A stretch of 63,870 bases of DNA, filler included, from Welwitschia mirabilis (lineage: Eukaryota): assembly GCA_051453625.1 (NCBI GenBank). It is 6 parts of one record of this genome, joined end to end, with 100 filler letters (N's around TTAATTAATTAA, not from the genome) between each part and the next. Parts side by side here need not be neighbours in the genome. Positions count along the whole stretch, not along the records: positions 7,238 to 34,330 come from JBOZIK010000001.1; positions 34,431 to 42,208 come from JBOZIK010000001.1; 4 more parts are not named here. One strand, given 5' to 3'. The position numbers and the translations under genes were made by a program. This document shows positions 22,400-36,100 of this stretch, piece by piece; position 1 is the stretch's first letter; every line of letters starts with the position of its first letter. The notes beneath the pieces are model-generated. The model saw nothing but the letters and a program-made list of their open reading frames with translations. It was not told the DNA's origin and searched no databases.

Positions 22400-24900
22400 C
22401 TTTATCATCTTGCTAAAACTCAACACCTTCTTTTAATTTTCTTTTAACCATACAGTTGAACATCAGCAATGCTCCATTGATACCTTTTATCAGCATCTAT
22501 GAACAAATTCATCTTGAATTCCCCATTGAGGCTATGCAAGGATCTTTTACAAAATCAATGTTATAGCCTTTCTTGCAAAGCTAACTAACACTGAGAAAAC
22601 TTTCAGGCAAAGTGGATACATAACTAATATTTGAAATAACATACCTCATGTTTGTGACAAAGGAGATTGAGTCTCTTCCTGCAATATTTACCTTTTTGTT
22701 GTTGCTTAAAGTGATGTTGCCACCAAATTTCTATATGTGTGAAAACCACAATTTGCTTCCTAATATGTGATAATTCCATCTATTGACTAGATACCGTGCA
22801 TCATTACAATTGACCTTTGGTACTCCGTACTCTCAATCAAACAAGAAATTTCTCCTCTTACAGTGAACAGTTTGATTTCTTATTTCTCCACATGAGAAAA
22901 GGAAATGACATCTTTCTAGTCAAGTTGCTTGTTAAAACAATTAGCTTTCATGTTGCTTCTTAAAACAATTAGCTTTCATGTGATTACTTAGTTTGCAATG
23001 GTTTTAAAATATGCCTTTTTGAACTTGTTATTAGATTTTACATGATTATTTAGTTTGCAATAGTTGCAAACATTCTTTTCTTGAATTTGTCATTTTTGCT
23101 TTCTTTTGGGAGGGTGTGCTTGATGACTTGGTAGATTCATTTTTTCTCAATGGATGTGGCAAACTAAGTTGAAATTGAAATGCCTAAACAGTACGCTGTT
23201 ACAATCCAAGATTCTCTCCTTTAGGTTTTTAGACCTTCTATGAGTTTGACCATGGACATCTTTGTAAGATTAAGATCCTCCTCAATAGCCAGGAAGATGA
23301 GATCAAAATGTCAAGATAGGTTTCTTAGGACTTTTGCAACAATTGTTGCTTCATTGAGTGCCTTGTCTACTAATCACAGATAATCAACAGTTTCTGAATC
23401 CCTCATCATAAGAGATTCAAAATCTCTTGTAAGCATTTTCAGCTTAACAACTTACATTTAGTTGATCCTCTATAACCTCCAAATGCATTCCAAGCATCCT
23501 TGAAATATTTCTGCTTAGCAATCTTAGGAAAGATCGTTCTATCCAAGCCACTCTAAATTATAAACAGTGCCTTCTCATCCGAGTTCTCAATTCTCACCAT
23601 GCTTTCTTTTGTTATCAGAAATAGAAGCCAAAAATCTTGAGGATGCACCAGATGCGTGAAACCTATCATGAGAAGCTCCCAAGGATCTTCAAAAGCAAAA
23701 ATGTCTTCATCCCGATAGCCAAATATGTTGGAATTTTGGTTCCTATGTGAATCTCTGATGATGAAGATTTAGGTAATGTTTACATACCTAAGAGGTGAGA
23801 AAGTAGTCCTATGACTTAGATAAACCTAGGTTAGGACTTATGTTATCATGGATTGTTTCAATATTGTGATTGAATGTACTGTGATTGACCTATGCATTTA
23901 CCTAATACTAATTACATAATTGATAGGCATGATGCTTTGTATGTCATGAAATTTCATAAGATAACTCATAGTGCTTCATATCAAATATTCCTTCAAGAGA
24001 TTGTTATATTTATACATATCGTTATCTATGATGTCCCTCAGTAAAGTTTGCACTTTTTAAACTTATAATCTTACTTCTTTAACCTAGATTGTAACTTTTC
24101 ATATCTTATTTAGTTAAAATACATAATTATGTGATTAATAAGGTTTTATATGTAAGAGTTATGTTATTATTGTCATAACTGTATATGTGATGTTTATATA
24201 TTAACAACTTTAACATTACATACTTAATATAGGAAAACGTTATAACATATTCCCTTATTTATTTATATAAATATGAAGTACATTCTAACAAAATCTTTGT
24301 AGCCATCACCACCAAAAACTAGAACTATAAGCAAAATGAAGCATAAACCACTTGCCATGAAACATTTACTTGAAAGCATGAGAGATTTTTAGGAGCAACC
24401 CTCTAATTTATTAGGCTAAAAAAGACCAGTCCTAGCTTTGATACCATTTTTGACACTCAGGAGACAGGAAAGTGATTTACAAAAGAGAAACAAACAAAGA
24501 ACATTTTTATAATAAAGCTCTTATATAATCATATTGAACTATTTTGATATTCTGATATATTACAAGGTTTGGTCTTTTAATGCAGGTACAGGTCTTAAGA
24601 ATGGCAGAAATAATCTAGGAAAACAACAATCATGAGCACCTACACAGAGGCAGATGACAATCATAACCACCTGGACAAGAATAGACCTGGTGGTTACCTA
24701 GTCCAATAATAGATTTAGGGACATATATACATTAGGACGGGGAACTATAATCCATTTATTTAATACATAAATGTTTAAGGTACAATAACATAGATTCAAT
24801 AGGAAAATAGGGGCACAAAACCAGGTTCTAAAAAGGATAACTTTTGAATTCCTTGGCCCTTAAGTTATAGCTAAGATGGGTTTTTTAAAGATAAACAGTA
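22400..24900 (-). mobile_element. Ty1/copia remnant: 5' LTR, PBS, gag and protease
   Basis: PBS TGGTATCAAAGC at 24435-24446 (minus). Gag KDAWNA...KLKMLTRDFESLMMRDSETVDY...VAKVLRNL. Decayed protease at ~22500-22800. Confidence 0.75.
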
Positions 24901-27484
24901 TCATTTCTCTCTTTAGTTGGATCTCAAAACTTTGTTGTTTCTAAAGGCTTAAGCTTTTATAAGTATTAGGGCTTAATCCTTGAGAATCACCAAATGTCCA
25001 AGCATGTTTTCTAATTTATTATTTCGCAAAGGATCATGTCTCTTTGGTTAAAGGACATAGTCCTTTTATTATTATTATTCTTTTGTCCTTTAACATTTAA
25101 AAAGGTATTTATCTATTAATTATTGCTTTCTAAGCATTTCACACTTAATGTCATTAACTTTTTTGTGTCTCAATTATATTTTTGCTCAGTACTAATGCGT
25201 AATGCCTTAATAGTTTTGTCATAGAAGATGTCTTTTTGTAATTAAAGAAGTTCCTCTTATAGGTATTGACAATGTTAATTGTTTTAGACATCTTAATGGT
25301 ATGGAAAAAGGGTAGAGTTTGAAATCCTTAGGTCAACTGACTCCAAGTCCTCCTACCTCAACCAATTTTCCTACATGCGCATAACCAAAAAATCTTTAAA
25401 TAAATAACTATACAATATTCATCATAAAATAGTACTTAATCATGAATACACATATACTATATATTGTTATCAAGACACGTGAAGAATGCAAAAAAGAAAA
25501 CAAAGAAGCACATAAACAATATACCAAGGTTGAGGCCCTTTTTATCCTACTTCCTTGATCCAGCACAGAGCTCTATTAGATCAATTGCAAAACTAGTAGT
25601 CACGAGAAGCACGAGCTGTTCCTCTATCTCAAGCCACAACCCCCAAGCAAAAGTGCAAATGACTCTGACCACAACCACACCTCCTAGGGAAATGCTATCC
25701 TCCTTTGATAGTATTAAGGTTTTATGCAAAGCCCTAAATTTTAACATTGACCCATATAGATACACTCTCTTTTATCTCTCTCACACTGTTTTTTAAATTT
25801 ATTTAAATAACTTTACAACATAGGGTGACTTTTAACATAGAAAGGGAAATATAAGGTTTGCCTCTATAACAACTAATAATCTCCACTTGAAGGAAAACCT
25901 TGTACCTTCCAAGCACCATATACCCAACAAAACAATCTAAAGAGTTATGCTGGTTATGAACAAGCTTCTTGTTATGAAGCTATCAGTCCAAGCAAATAAG
26001 TATAAAGTTGGTGCTTCGCCATTAGTACAACCTTTGTCAAAGTGTTAGCAACATTGTCCTTTGTAGAAATCTTGTAAATCTGCACATAGGCATTCTCAAT
26101 CACTGCACAAACATCATGGAACCTCAAGTCAATATGCTTAGTCCTAACATGATAAATTGAGTTTCGAGCAAAATGAAGAGCACTCTATCATAAAACAGAG
26201 TATAATTCTTCTTTTTCTTTCCTGACCAATTAAGAAACTATCTTAATGGCAATATTTCTTTATAGAATTCCATCAAAGCAATGTATTCAAATCCTACAGT
26301 GGACAAGTTGACATGGATTAAAGCTGTGATAACCAACTAACATCACCTCCACCAAGAGTGAAAACACACCCTGTAGTGGCACACCTAATGTCCACATCTA
26401 CAGCAAAACCTGCGTCAACACATCCTATTACTTGGAGGCTTCCTCCTCCAAACTGCAACTTGTGAGACTAAATACCTTTTAAGCATCACAGGATCTACTC
26501 AACTGTCAGCCAATAAGTCTAACCAGGATTCCTCATAAATATGCTAACCACTCCCACTAGATGGACCATGTGCGGTCATGTGGACACCATAGCATAAATC
26601 CATGACCCAACTACTAATTTGTACGAAACTGATTCCATCTACTTCTTGTCCGTTAAGTGCAATAATTCTTGCTCAATTTAAAGTAAGATGCCAATGGAGT
26701 ACTAACTATATAAGCACCTGCCATACTAAAATGCACCAAATCCTCGAAGATGTAATACTCCTAATAGAGCCATAACAGGTTATTAGTTATTTCTCTAATA
26801 TCTTTATCGCAAGAATTTGCTTGGCTAGCCCCAACTCCTCCATTTCAAAATGCTTACCCATTTTATGCTTTAGGCGTTTAATTTCACCTTTATCATTTCT
26901 TGTTATGAGCATATCATCCATGTACAGTAACAACATGGTAAACTTACCTCTAACTTGCCTAAAAAAGTAAACAGTGTTGTTTATTTTGCATTTGTTATAC
27001 TATTACACTATCATAAATGAATCAAACTTCTTGTACCACTACCTAAGGGCTTATTTAAGGCCATATAGACATTTCCTTAGCTTGCAAAATCAAGATGCTT
27101 TAAATCAACAAAGCCTTTTGGCTGAAACATTTAGATTTCTTCTTCTATATTCCCATGCAAGAAGGCAATTTTATCATGTAGCTACTCGTTCCAAATCTAA
27201 AAGGTAGTCAAAGACAAAGCAATTCTAGTAAAAGATTTCTTAATAACTAAAGAAACGATCTCAAAGAAATCTAGACGTACTTTCTATTCAAAGCCTTTTA
27301 CCACAAGTCTTGCCTTGTACCTAGTCAGGTCATGCAAATCTTCTTTTAACCAGAAAAGCTATTTGTTGTGGAGTGCTTTCTTACCCTTTGAAAACTTTAT
27401 TAATTCCCATGTGTGATTAGCCATGAGTGATCTCCACTCATAAAGCATTGCAGCCTTCAACTTCTTCCAATCACTACATGACCT

Positions 27485-29550
27485 TGTTAGAAGCCAAATA
27501 TTTTCCTTTTTACTGTGTTCCTTTCAATTGGTTTAAAGGGTTTTTACGTTTATAAAGTTGTGAAAGTTATTTTTATGTAACTCATGTGGGTTGGAAGTTG
27601 AGTAAATGTTAAGTTTCTTCATTTTTCCCCTCTTTTTTTAATTTTTTAAAGGTTGAAACCCTAAAATGAATGTATAAAAAGAAAGCATGGGTTGCGGAAG
27701 AGGAACAAGAGGCTTTTGGCTATTCTAATAAAGAGTTTTCCATTGTTTGAGGTTTTGAACCTTGTTAAATCTGTTTGTAGTTTTCTTTGCTATTTCTTCT
27801 TGCTATTTCCTAACAAGTGATCTTAGAGCTCTTGGTTGCACATTACAACGCAATGAGGGTTTTTGTGCAGGAGTTTGTCGATAGTCCCGTACATTGACAA
27901 GTGGAGCAAAGCCAAGGAAGAAGGGGGACTGGAACAAGCAAAGCAAGTAAGCAAAGCAAGTGAGATAAGCAACTAAGGTTTGGTGTGTTGTTTTTAATGG
28001 CTCATTTTGAGGCGGATTTTTGATTTCCAAACTTGTGATTTCTATTTGAGTAACAGACACATGCAACATGGACAGATTTCTAATGAACAAATTTGAAGGC
28101 AGGCACTATTCACTTTGGAAGCTGAAAGTAGAAGACCTTTTGTATAAGCAAGATCTGATGTTGCCCATTTAGGGATCCTCTCATACACTAAGTTCTATGT
28201 CTTCAGATGGCTGGACCAAGTTTGACTACAAGGCTTTTGCTATCATCCAACACTAGTTAGATGATTTAGTTTTGGCATCTATATGGAATGATAAGACTAC
28301 ACATGACCTGTGGACGAAGTTGATGAATCTCTACTAGGTAAAAACTGTTACAAATCGAGTTTTTCTCCATCAAAAGTTGCATTATATGAAACTTGAAGCA
28401 AATGAAAACAGGACTCGTTATCTACAATGGTTTAACTTTGTCATTTCACAAATGACTACAAGAAGGGTGAAAATCTTTGATAAGGACAACACAATGACTA
28501 TTCTGAGTTTGTTGCATAAATCATGGAATAACCTTTTAGTGGAATTGAGTAGCAACAATCTAGTTATGCTCAACTTTGAAGAGACAATTGGTGCTATTTT
28601 GGCTGAAAGGCTTTGTTGCTTAGCCAATATTGATGGTTCGTCTACAAGTGAGGCTTTCGTCATTTCAAGAAGAAAGAAGCACGGCAAAAGGAAATCTTTG
28701 AGAGGCTGCTATTACTAAGAACTTGAACATGTGAAAAAGAACTGCCCTGAGCTTAAGAAGGATGTTGCCTCCCCTAGGAAGACTAACCCTAAGACTTCAA
28801 GATCGATTGCCTTGTTTCTGTAGAGAAGACATTGTGCTTTGATGTTGATAGGTTGGATGTGATCTTTTCTTTTGGGATCATAACCTACAACTCTGGGGTG
28901 TTTATTTGCATTTGCTAGTGTTTATTATGACTAGTGTATGTCTTGTTCTTGCTAACTAGTTCAACATTACATGTTTAGGTGTTTTTAAAGGTTGTACTAG
29001 TTAGTTCTAATTCGATACTATCTTCTATTTGTTTAGCCTGGGAAGGTCTAGTCCTAGTTGGATATTTTGGTGTAAGGATATTCCTCAAAAGGTGGTGCAC
29101 ACCTTGGTTCGTTCTTCTGCATGTTTGCTTGTTTTTGTTTGTTCTGGTTATCAATGAAGGGTTGTATTGGATAGTAATATTATTGTTTATCAGTCTATTA
29201 TTGGTTGATGTTGCTTTTCTTTATTTGAAGATTAATCAGACTTGTCTTCAAGCGGGAAAATGTCAAAAAGTAAAGTCAATATCTTCTTGTTTTTATTAGT
29301 TTTCTTTTAATTGGCTTTAGGGTCTTTACCTTCATAAAGTTGTAAAGGCTATTTTTTATATAACTTATGGGGGTTGGGAATTGAGTCAATGTTAAACCCT
29401 AAAATGAGTCTATAAAGGAAAGCATAGGTTGGTGTAAAGGAACAAAAGGCTTTTGACTATTTTAATAGAGTTTTGTATTGTTTAGTGTTTTAAACCTTGT
29501 TAAATCTACTTGAAGTCATCTTTGTTGTTTTTGCTCATTGTTTCCTAACA
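27485..29550 (+). mobile_element. Gag-only non-autonomous copia-derived LTR element (TR-GAG-like), nested
   Basis: LTRs 27485-27814 and 29261-29550, both TG...tttcctaaCA. Decayed PBS gtgatcttagagc. Gag KFEGRHYSLWKLKVEDLL with Zn knuckle near 28705-28747. PPT before the 3' LTR. Flanks gacct and gattt. Confidence 0.85.
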
Positions 29551-30190
29551 GATTTTTTGCTTGTTATTTGCCAATAGACCTTGGTTCTAAGAGTTTCTAG
29601 TTCTCCTCCATTAGTTAGTAAAAGTGTGAAACATAATGTAAAGGAGAAAATGTGTTAGATTACTTTGTTACCCAATTGGACCTCCTCACCTAACGTGAAG
29701 GAGCATCTTCTTTCTCATCTTCAACTTCTTGCTTTTCCTATTTTGTATCCATTTTATCTTCTTGCTAGTGGTATATGGTCACATTCTCATCGTCATCATC
29801 ATGAACTAAAAAACTCTAGTAGACTCTTGCTGAGGGAAGCCAAAATCAGGGATTTCCCTATACTAATTCTCAACCTATTTGGGATAAAATGGAGAATCTT
29901 CTCTAAATGTCACATCCCTAGATCTAACCACCTATTCACAAGCAAGATCCCAACGTCTTTACCCACAATCATTATGGTCATACCTAGTAAAGATACATCT
30001 ACATGACCATAAGCTTTACAGCCAAGGACTCTCAACTCTGATAGGAGGTTTCCTTTGCTCTCCATGGAATTTCTAAAATTGGTCCATCCAAAGCTAAATG
30101 AGATGAATTTTTAATCAAATATGCAGCAGTCCTAATTACTTCAACCCAAAACAACTTGGAAAGACCTGCTTTGGCTACCATGCACCTATC

Positions 30191-30534
30191 ATGCTCTAAC
30201 AAGGTCCTATTGCACCTCTTTACCACCCTAGTCTGTTAGGGCATTTCAAAAGTAGTATGCATACATATAATCCCCTTTTGCTTGCCAAAATCAAAAAAGG
30301 CACACAAGGTGTGCTCTAACGAGGTTCTATTGCACCTCTTTACCACCCTAGTCTATTGGGGCATTTCAAGAGTAGTATGCATACGTATAATCCCCTTTTG
30401 CTTGCCAAAATCAAAAAGGGCACACAAGGTGTGCTCTAACAAGGTTCTATTGCACCTCTTTACCACCCTAGTCTATTGGGGCATTTCAAAAGTAGTATGC
30501 ATATGTATAATCCCCTTTTGCTTGCCAAAATCAA
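30191..30534. repeat. 120-bp tandem triplication within the copia integrase core
   Basis: ctattgcacctctttaccaccctagtc...ccccttttgcttgccaaaatca occurs three times at 120-bp period with no gap. Confidence 0.9.
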
Positions 30535-31883
30535 TGAATTACTTAACATAATAACATATTATAAATCTATGATATTTAAGCTAATTTTGTAATACAAAGT
30601 AACAAATACCATGTTCATTAGATTTGCATTTCATAATAAAAACCGAAAAAAATTGAAGACTTTTTCAAGAGAGTCAGAAAAAAAGGTTAACTATTAATTG
30701 CCTATTGGTTTGCTATTAGTTTGGTCAGTGAAAAAAGTCAATCTAACTCAAAAAACGTTAGCTTGATTAACTTGGGGCTACTAGCCGCCTGTGCGCTTAT
30801 GACTTGTCTCCTTTTTAATCACTGCTTTTAGCCCTATCTAAGTTTCTACCTAGGTAACAAACTACTTGAAAACATCAAGTAGCATGTCCTTTGATTTGAT
30901 AGGACAAAACCAAATTCTATGACTTTAGTCACCAACAAATGTGAGAACATATTGTGAACCAACAAGAGAGTAGGGATTAATAGGGCCAACAACATCATAG
31001 TAGTTCTATTTTACAGCTACTTCTGAGATGTTCATTTCTTTTGAAATTGACTCCACGCAACTTTTCAGCTTGACAATCCTCACAAAATGAAAACTAGTAG
31101 AAACACACAAAGGAATACGAGATTCAATTAAAGTTCCTTTAGTTTGTTTCATCCAATGTGCCTCGAACATCTATGCCAAAAGTTGAGATTCTTTGTACCA
31201 ACAGCAACCTCTCCTTATTTTTTACAAACAATACGACATAAAATATACATGGAAATCTCTGTGTTTCCTTTCAAAACCATCATAGCACCCTTGTTGATCT
31301 TCCATATACCATCAAAAAACAAAACTTTGTAGCCGAACTCATCAAATTGTCCAACAAATAGCAAATTCTTAGTGATTTCTAGAACATGCCTGACATTCTT
31401 GATTGTTATTTGTTGTCCACCTATTGTTTCAGTACAACAATGCCAACGCCTCAAATTTGAACTCCCTGTCACCTGCAACATGAACTACTCCAAAAAAAAA
31501 CATGCTTCCTAGGAACTGGAGCATTTATGATTTGGACAAATATGAAAAGCAACACTGTATCTACACCTCTTTTGAAATCTTAGATCACAATCACCACTAA
31601 GTCTAGGCAAATAAACTTCAAACCTACATCTTCGTCTATTTGCCCTTCTTCTTGTAGAACCAACATTCCAACTTCTGGCTTCAAGAAGCTCCTCTGCTTC
31701 TACATTGTTCACATCTTTTGCCTTTATTATAAGAACATCTGTCCTTGCAACAAGAGCCTTGCCAACATAGTCCATTGTCTTAGTCTTTTCTAAGTCCATT
31801 GACTTAGTCTTTTCTGAGTCCATTGTCTTATTCTGAGTCCATTGTCTTAGTCTTTTCTGCATCTAGAAACTTCAAAATAGTTG

Positions 31884-32358
31884 TGTTGACCGATGGTAAA
31901 GTTTTCATTTTGTTTTTGAAAACCCTCTTCATTTTGTTTTTGAAAACCCTAGTAATAGTGTAAAATTTATTCATTCTGGTGGGCTAGTCATACCTTTGAT
32001 GTTGGAAAATTGAAGCCAGATTTGTCTTGTTTGTATTATGATATTATGTTTTAACATTGACCCCCTTTTTGTAATATTGTAAAAAGGAGGTTATGTTTTA
32101 ACTCCTTGGAGTATTTAAATAAAGGGAAAAGGGAAGGAAGTTTTTAGACTATCTTGGCTTGAAACCCTAAACCTATTTAAAGGTTGCTTAGGGGTTTGTT
32201 TTGTATTGTGATTCCTTCTACTCCTTGAAAAAGATTAAAAGCTCTTCCTACTTCCCATCGTTTTTCCTACAACAGTTTTCCCTGTAAATCTGTGTGTGTT
32301 GTTCTTGTGCTCGTTGTTTCATTTCTTTAGCATAGATTTCCAGTAAAGATTCGTAACA
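31884..32358 (+). mobile_element. Probable solo LTR inserted in the copia gag
   Basis: TGTTG...taaCA ends, ctatttaaa TATA-like box, aaaccctaa motif. Interrupts gag. Target-site match is imperfect. Confidence 0.55.
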
Positions 32359-33195
32359 AGTGATTCACCATTTTCCAAAGAACATGAACCTCAATGACTC
32401 CTTTATACATATTTAATATCTAATTTCCAAGACAAGGACAAATCAATTTAAGTGCTTTCCTATTAAGCTTGCTCCATCCCATGTCTGGATACATCTTCAA
32501 CCAATTTTCATCTAACAACCCAAAAGACACCTTTGCTTCATCCTTTAATTATAGAACAATGTTGGAATCTTTCTAGTGGAGAAGATCTTCAATCAAGGTT
32601 TCCTAGTTACCCCAATTCTCTACTCTAACCAACCTATCCATCGTCTATAAGCATTTCATCTTGGCTCCTAACCTGTACCAATGAAAAATTAACCGCAATG
32701 GAATTGTGTGGATGGACTAGAATAAAAAGAAAAAGAAAAGAAAAGAAAGAAAAAGAACCCTTGCTTTGTTGACAAGCTCCACTTGTAAGAAAATGAGATA
32801 ACCAACAAACCCTAACCTAGCCCTCGTTGATATCATTGTTCTGAAAAGAAACAAAGAATGCAAAAAGAAAATGAAGAAGCACACAAATAACTTAATAAGG
32901 ATTGGGCCCCTTTTACCCTACTTCTTCAAATAAGCATAGAACTCTATTAGATCATCTCCAAAACCAGTAGTCATAAGGAACACAAGCCATTCCTTTAGTT
33001 TAAGCCCTAAGGGATAGGCCAGAATGCAAATGACTGCGACCACAACCACACCCTTAAAAAAGCATTTGCCCTCCTTGTACAGCATTAGGGCTTGATACAA
33101 AAGCTCTAAATCAATATTGACCCCACACACTCCTTTTTTAGTTTTATTTTTAACTTTACAACATAGGGTCACTTTTAACATAGAAGGGGAAATAC

Positions 33196-36100
33196 TGTTA
33201 AGAATAGCAGCGAAAAACAACAGAAACAAGAAGCAAAACAACACACAGGTATTGACGTGAAAAACCCCAATGTGGGGAACAACCATGGACGCAATGCAGA
33301 GCTGTCTTAATATTTCGAGAAGAATAGTCCAAGGACACAAGTTGCCCTCGACAGCCAGAGCATTCTGAATGTCTGACTCCTCCCTCAAGACCATTCCTCT
33401 TAAATAGGCTCACTTTAGGTTAAAAACTCCAATTTTACATTGACTTTATAAATAACCCCATCTTACTTTATAATACAAAAGAGAAATACACTTTACAAAC
33501 AAAGTGCTACCATGAGGGGAAAATAGAAGATACAAAAGAGGATTTGACTTCAACTCCAACAATTCTTCCCCTTGAAGAAAAATCTGACCAACCTCCAAGA
33601 ATCAAAAGAGATGCATTGCTTCAAAGTGTCCCTTTGCTGACCACTGCTCAAATTATGGCAATTCTAAGTTTTCCTTTACAGAAGTTGTGCTTCATCACTG
33701 CCACCACCTTTGTAAGAGAATCAGCAACATTAAACTTTGTATGAATCTTTTGAATGTTAACCAACACACATTCAACAATTTCTCTTACAAAATGAAATCT
33801 GATATCAATGTATTTTGTCCTGGCATGAAAAGCTGAATTCTTAGCAAGATGTATTGCACTTGGACTATCACAAAACACAGAATATTTGCCTTGTTTTAAA
33901 CCAAGAGAAGCAAGAAACCTTTGCAACCAAATCATCTCCTTGCAAGCTTCAGTAAGCCTCACATATTCCACTTCAGTGGTGGACAAAGTCAGTAATGGTT
34001 GCAACCAATACAATCAACTAACTGCAACCCCTGTAAGCATGAATGTATAGTAAGTAGAAGAGCGTTTACTATCTGAGTCTACTGCAAAATTTGCATCCAC
34101 AAATCCTTGAATGGATGATTTGCCATTCCCAAAGCATAAGCAGTCCTTTTGTGTTGCTTTCAGATATCTAAAAATCCACTTAATAGCTAGCCAATGGTTC
34201 CAACCATAGTTTGTCGTAAATTTATTGACCACACCTACAATATAAGCAATAGCACGACAAGTACATACCATTGCATACATGAGAGCTCCCACTGCAGAAG
34301 TATAGGGAACATTTTTAACTTTGGCAAATTNNNNNNNNNNNNNNNNNNNNNNNNNNNNNNNNNNNNNNNNNNNNTTAATTAATTAANNNNNNNNNNNNNN
34401 NNNNNNNNNNNNNNNNNNNNNNNNNNNNNNTTAATTCTAAAGATCCACCTGCTATGGAGAGCTTTGCGCCCCTTGGGTAAAGTAACCAACTCCTAAGTTT
34501 TATTGTCCTGCAACGATTTCCATTCCTCCTCCATAGCTGACTTCCACTTGGCAGTAGCAGCATGAGATAAAGACTCTTCTACTGTTTCAGGTTCTCCACA
34601 ATCAGTATAAAGAACATAACCTAACAATAGGGAATACCTGTCTGGTGGATGTATAGCTCTAGTTGTTGGCTCGTGGTGTAGGAAGAGGCAATTCATACTC
34701 TTCCAATTGCTCTTCCTCTTCATCCAAGGGANNNNNNNNNNNNNNNNNNNNNNNNNNNNNNNNNNNNNNNNNNNNNNNNNNNNNNNNNNNNNNNNNNNNN
34801 NNNNNNNNNNNNNNNNNNNNNNNNNNNNNNNNNNNNNNNNNNNNNNNNNNNNNNNNNNNNNNNNNNNNNNNNNNNNNNNNNNNNNNNNNNNNNNNNNNNN
34901 NNNNNNNNNNNNNNNNNNNNNNNNNNNNNNNNNNNNNNNNNNNNNNNNNNNNNNNNNNNNNNNNNNNNNNNNNNNNNNNNNNNNNNNNNNNNNNNNNNNN
35001 NNNNNNNNNNNNNNNNNNNNNNNNNNNNNNNNNNNNNNNNNNNNNNNNNNNNNNNNNNNNNNNNNNNNNNNNNNNNNNNNNNNNNNNNNNNNNNNNNNNN
35101 NNNNNNNNNNNNNNNNNNNNNNNNNNNNNNNNNNNNNNNNNNNNNNNNNNNNNNNNNNNNNNNNNNNNNNNNNNNNNNNNNNNNNNNNNNNNNNNNNNNN
35201 NNNNNNNNNNNNNNNNNNNNNNNNNNNNNNNNNNNNNNNNNNNNNNNNNNNNNNNNNNNNNNNNNNNNNNNNNNNNNNNNNNNNNNNNNNNNNNNNNNNN
35301 NNNNNNNNNNNNNNNNNNNNNNNNNNNNNNNNNNNNNNNNNNNNNNNNNNNNNNNNNNNNNNNNNNNNNNNNNNNNNNNNNNNNNNNNNNNNNNNNNNNN
35401 NNNNNNNNNNNNNNNNNNNNNNNNNNNNNNNNNNNNNNNNNNNNNNNNNNNNNNNNNNNNNNNNNNNNNNNNNNNNNNNNNNNNNNNNNNNNNNNNNNNN
35501 NNNNNNAAAGTAATAAAATAAAGAGATCCACCAATAAAAGTAGGATTCAGAGGCCCACACATATGTTCAAATCCCTACGGAAATTGACTCTCTTAGATTT
35601 ACCAACAATACAATCTTTACAAAAATCAATAGACGCATGTGAAAACATAGGCATTAAGGAAAAAGATTGAAGCACCTTAAGGCTAGAGTTGCCTATGTAT
35701 CTCAAACGTTTGTGTAGGACATTTGCATCCTTTGAAGCTATTACGACTCCAGCATTTTGCTTATCTGTAGTAGCAGCAACCATTGTATATGTGTCTGCTT
35801 CCATGGTCTACATGCTGCCATGTTTCTTCCCTCGCAACACTGTTAGAATTTCCTTGGTAATTCTCCAACATCCTCCTCTGCTAGAAAAGCCCAAGCCTAA
35901 ATCATCAAGTTGTGTAATAGAAATCAGCTTCTTTGTCACCTTTGGAACATGACAAACATTATTAATGGTAACCTTCGGCAATCCTAGTTGTTGCAAAACA
36001 ACGTTGCCTACCCCAACAACTTGAAGAGGTTCTCCATATACAATGTAAATAACTCTAAAAGATATAGGACTGTAAGTAGAGAAAGCAGAACAATCTGGAC

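Larger units (their letters stand above)
25465..33195 (-). mobile_element. Near full-length decayed Ty1/copia element carrying nested insertions
   Basis: Related LTRs 25465-25871 and 32837-33195. PPT ~25879-25893 and decayed PBS 32823-32835. RNase H/RT 25980-27480 (YMDDML), integrase ~30000-31050, protease ~31200-31600, gag to ~32650. Confidence 0.88.

Noticed and set aside
25464-33413. Short hydrophobic ORFs (25547-25765, 28979-29299, 32918-33394)
   Set aside because: They lie in LTR or non-coding TE sequence and reflect T-rich composition.
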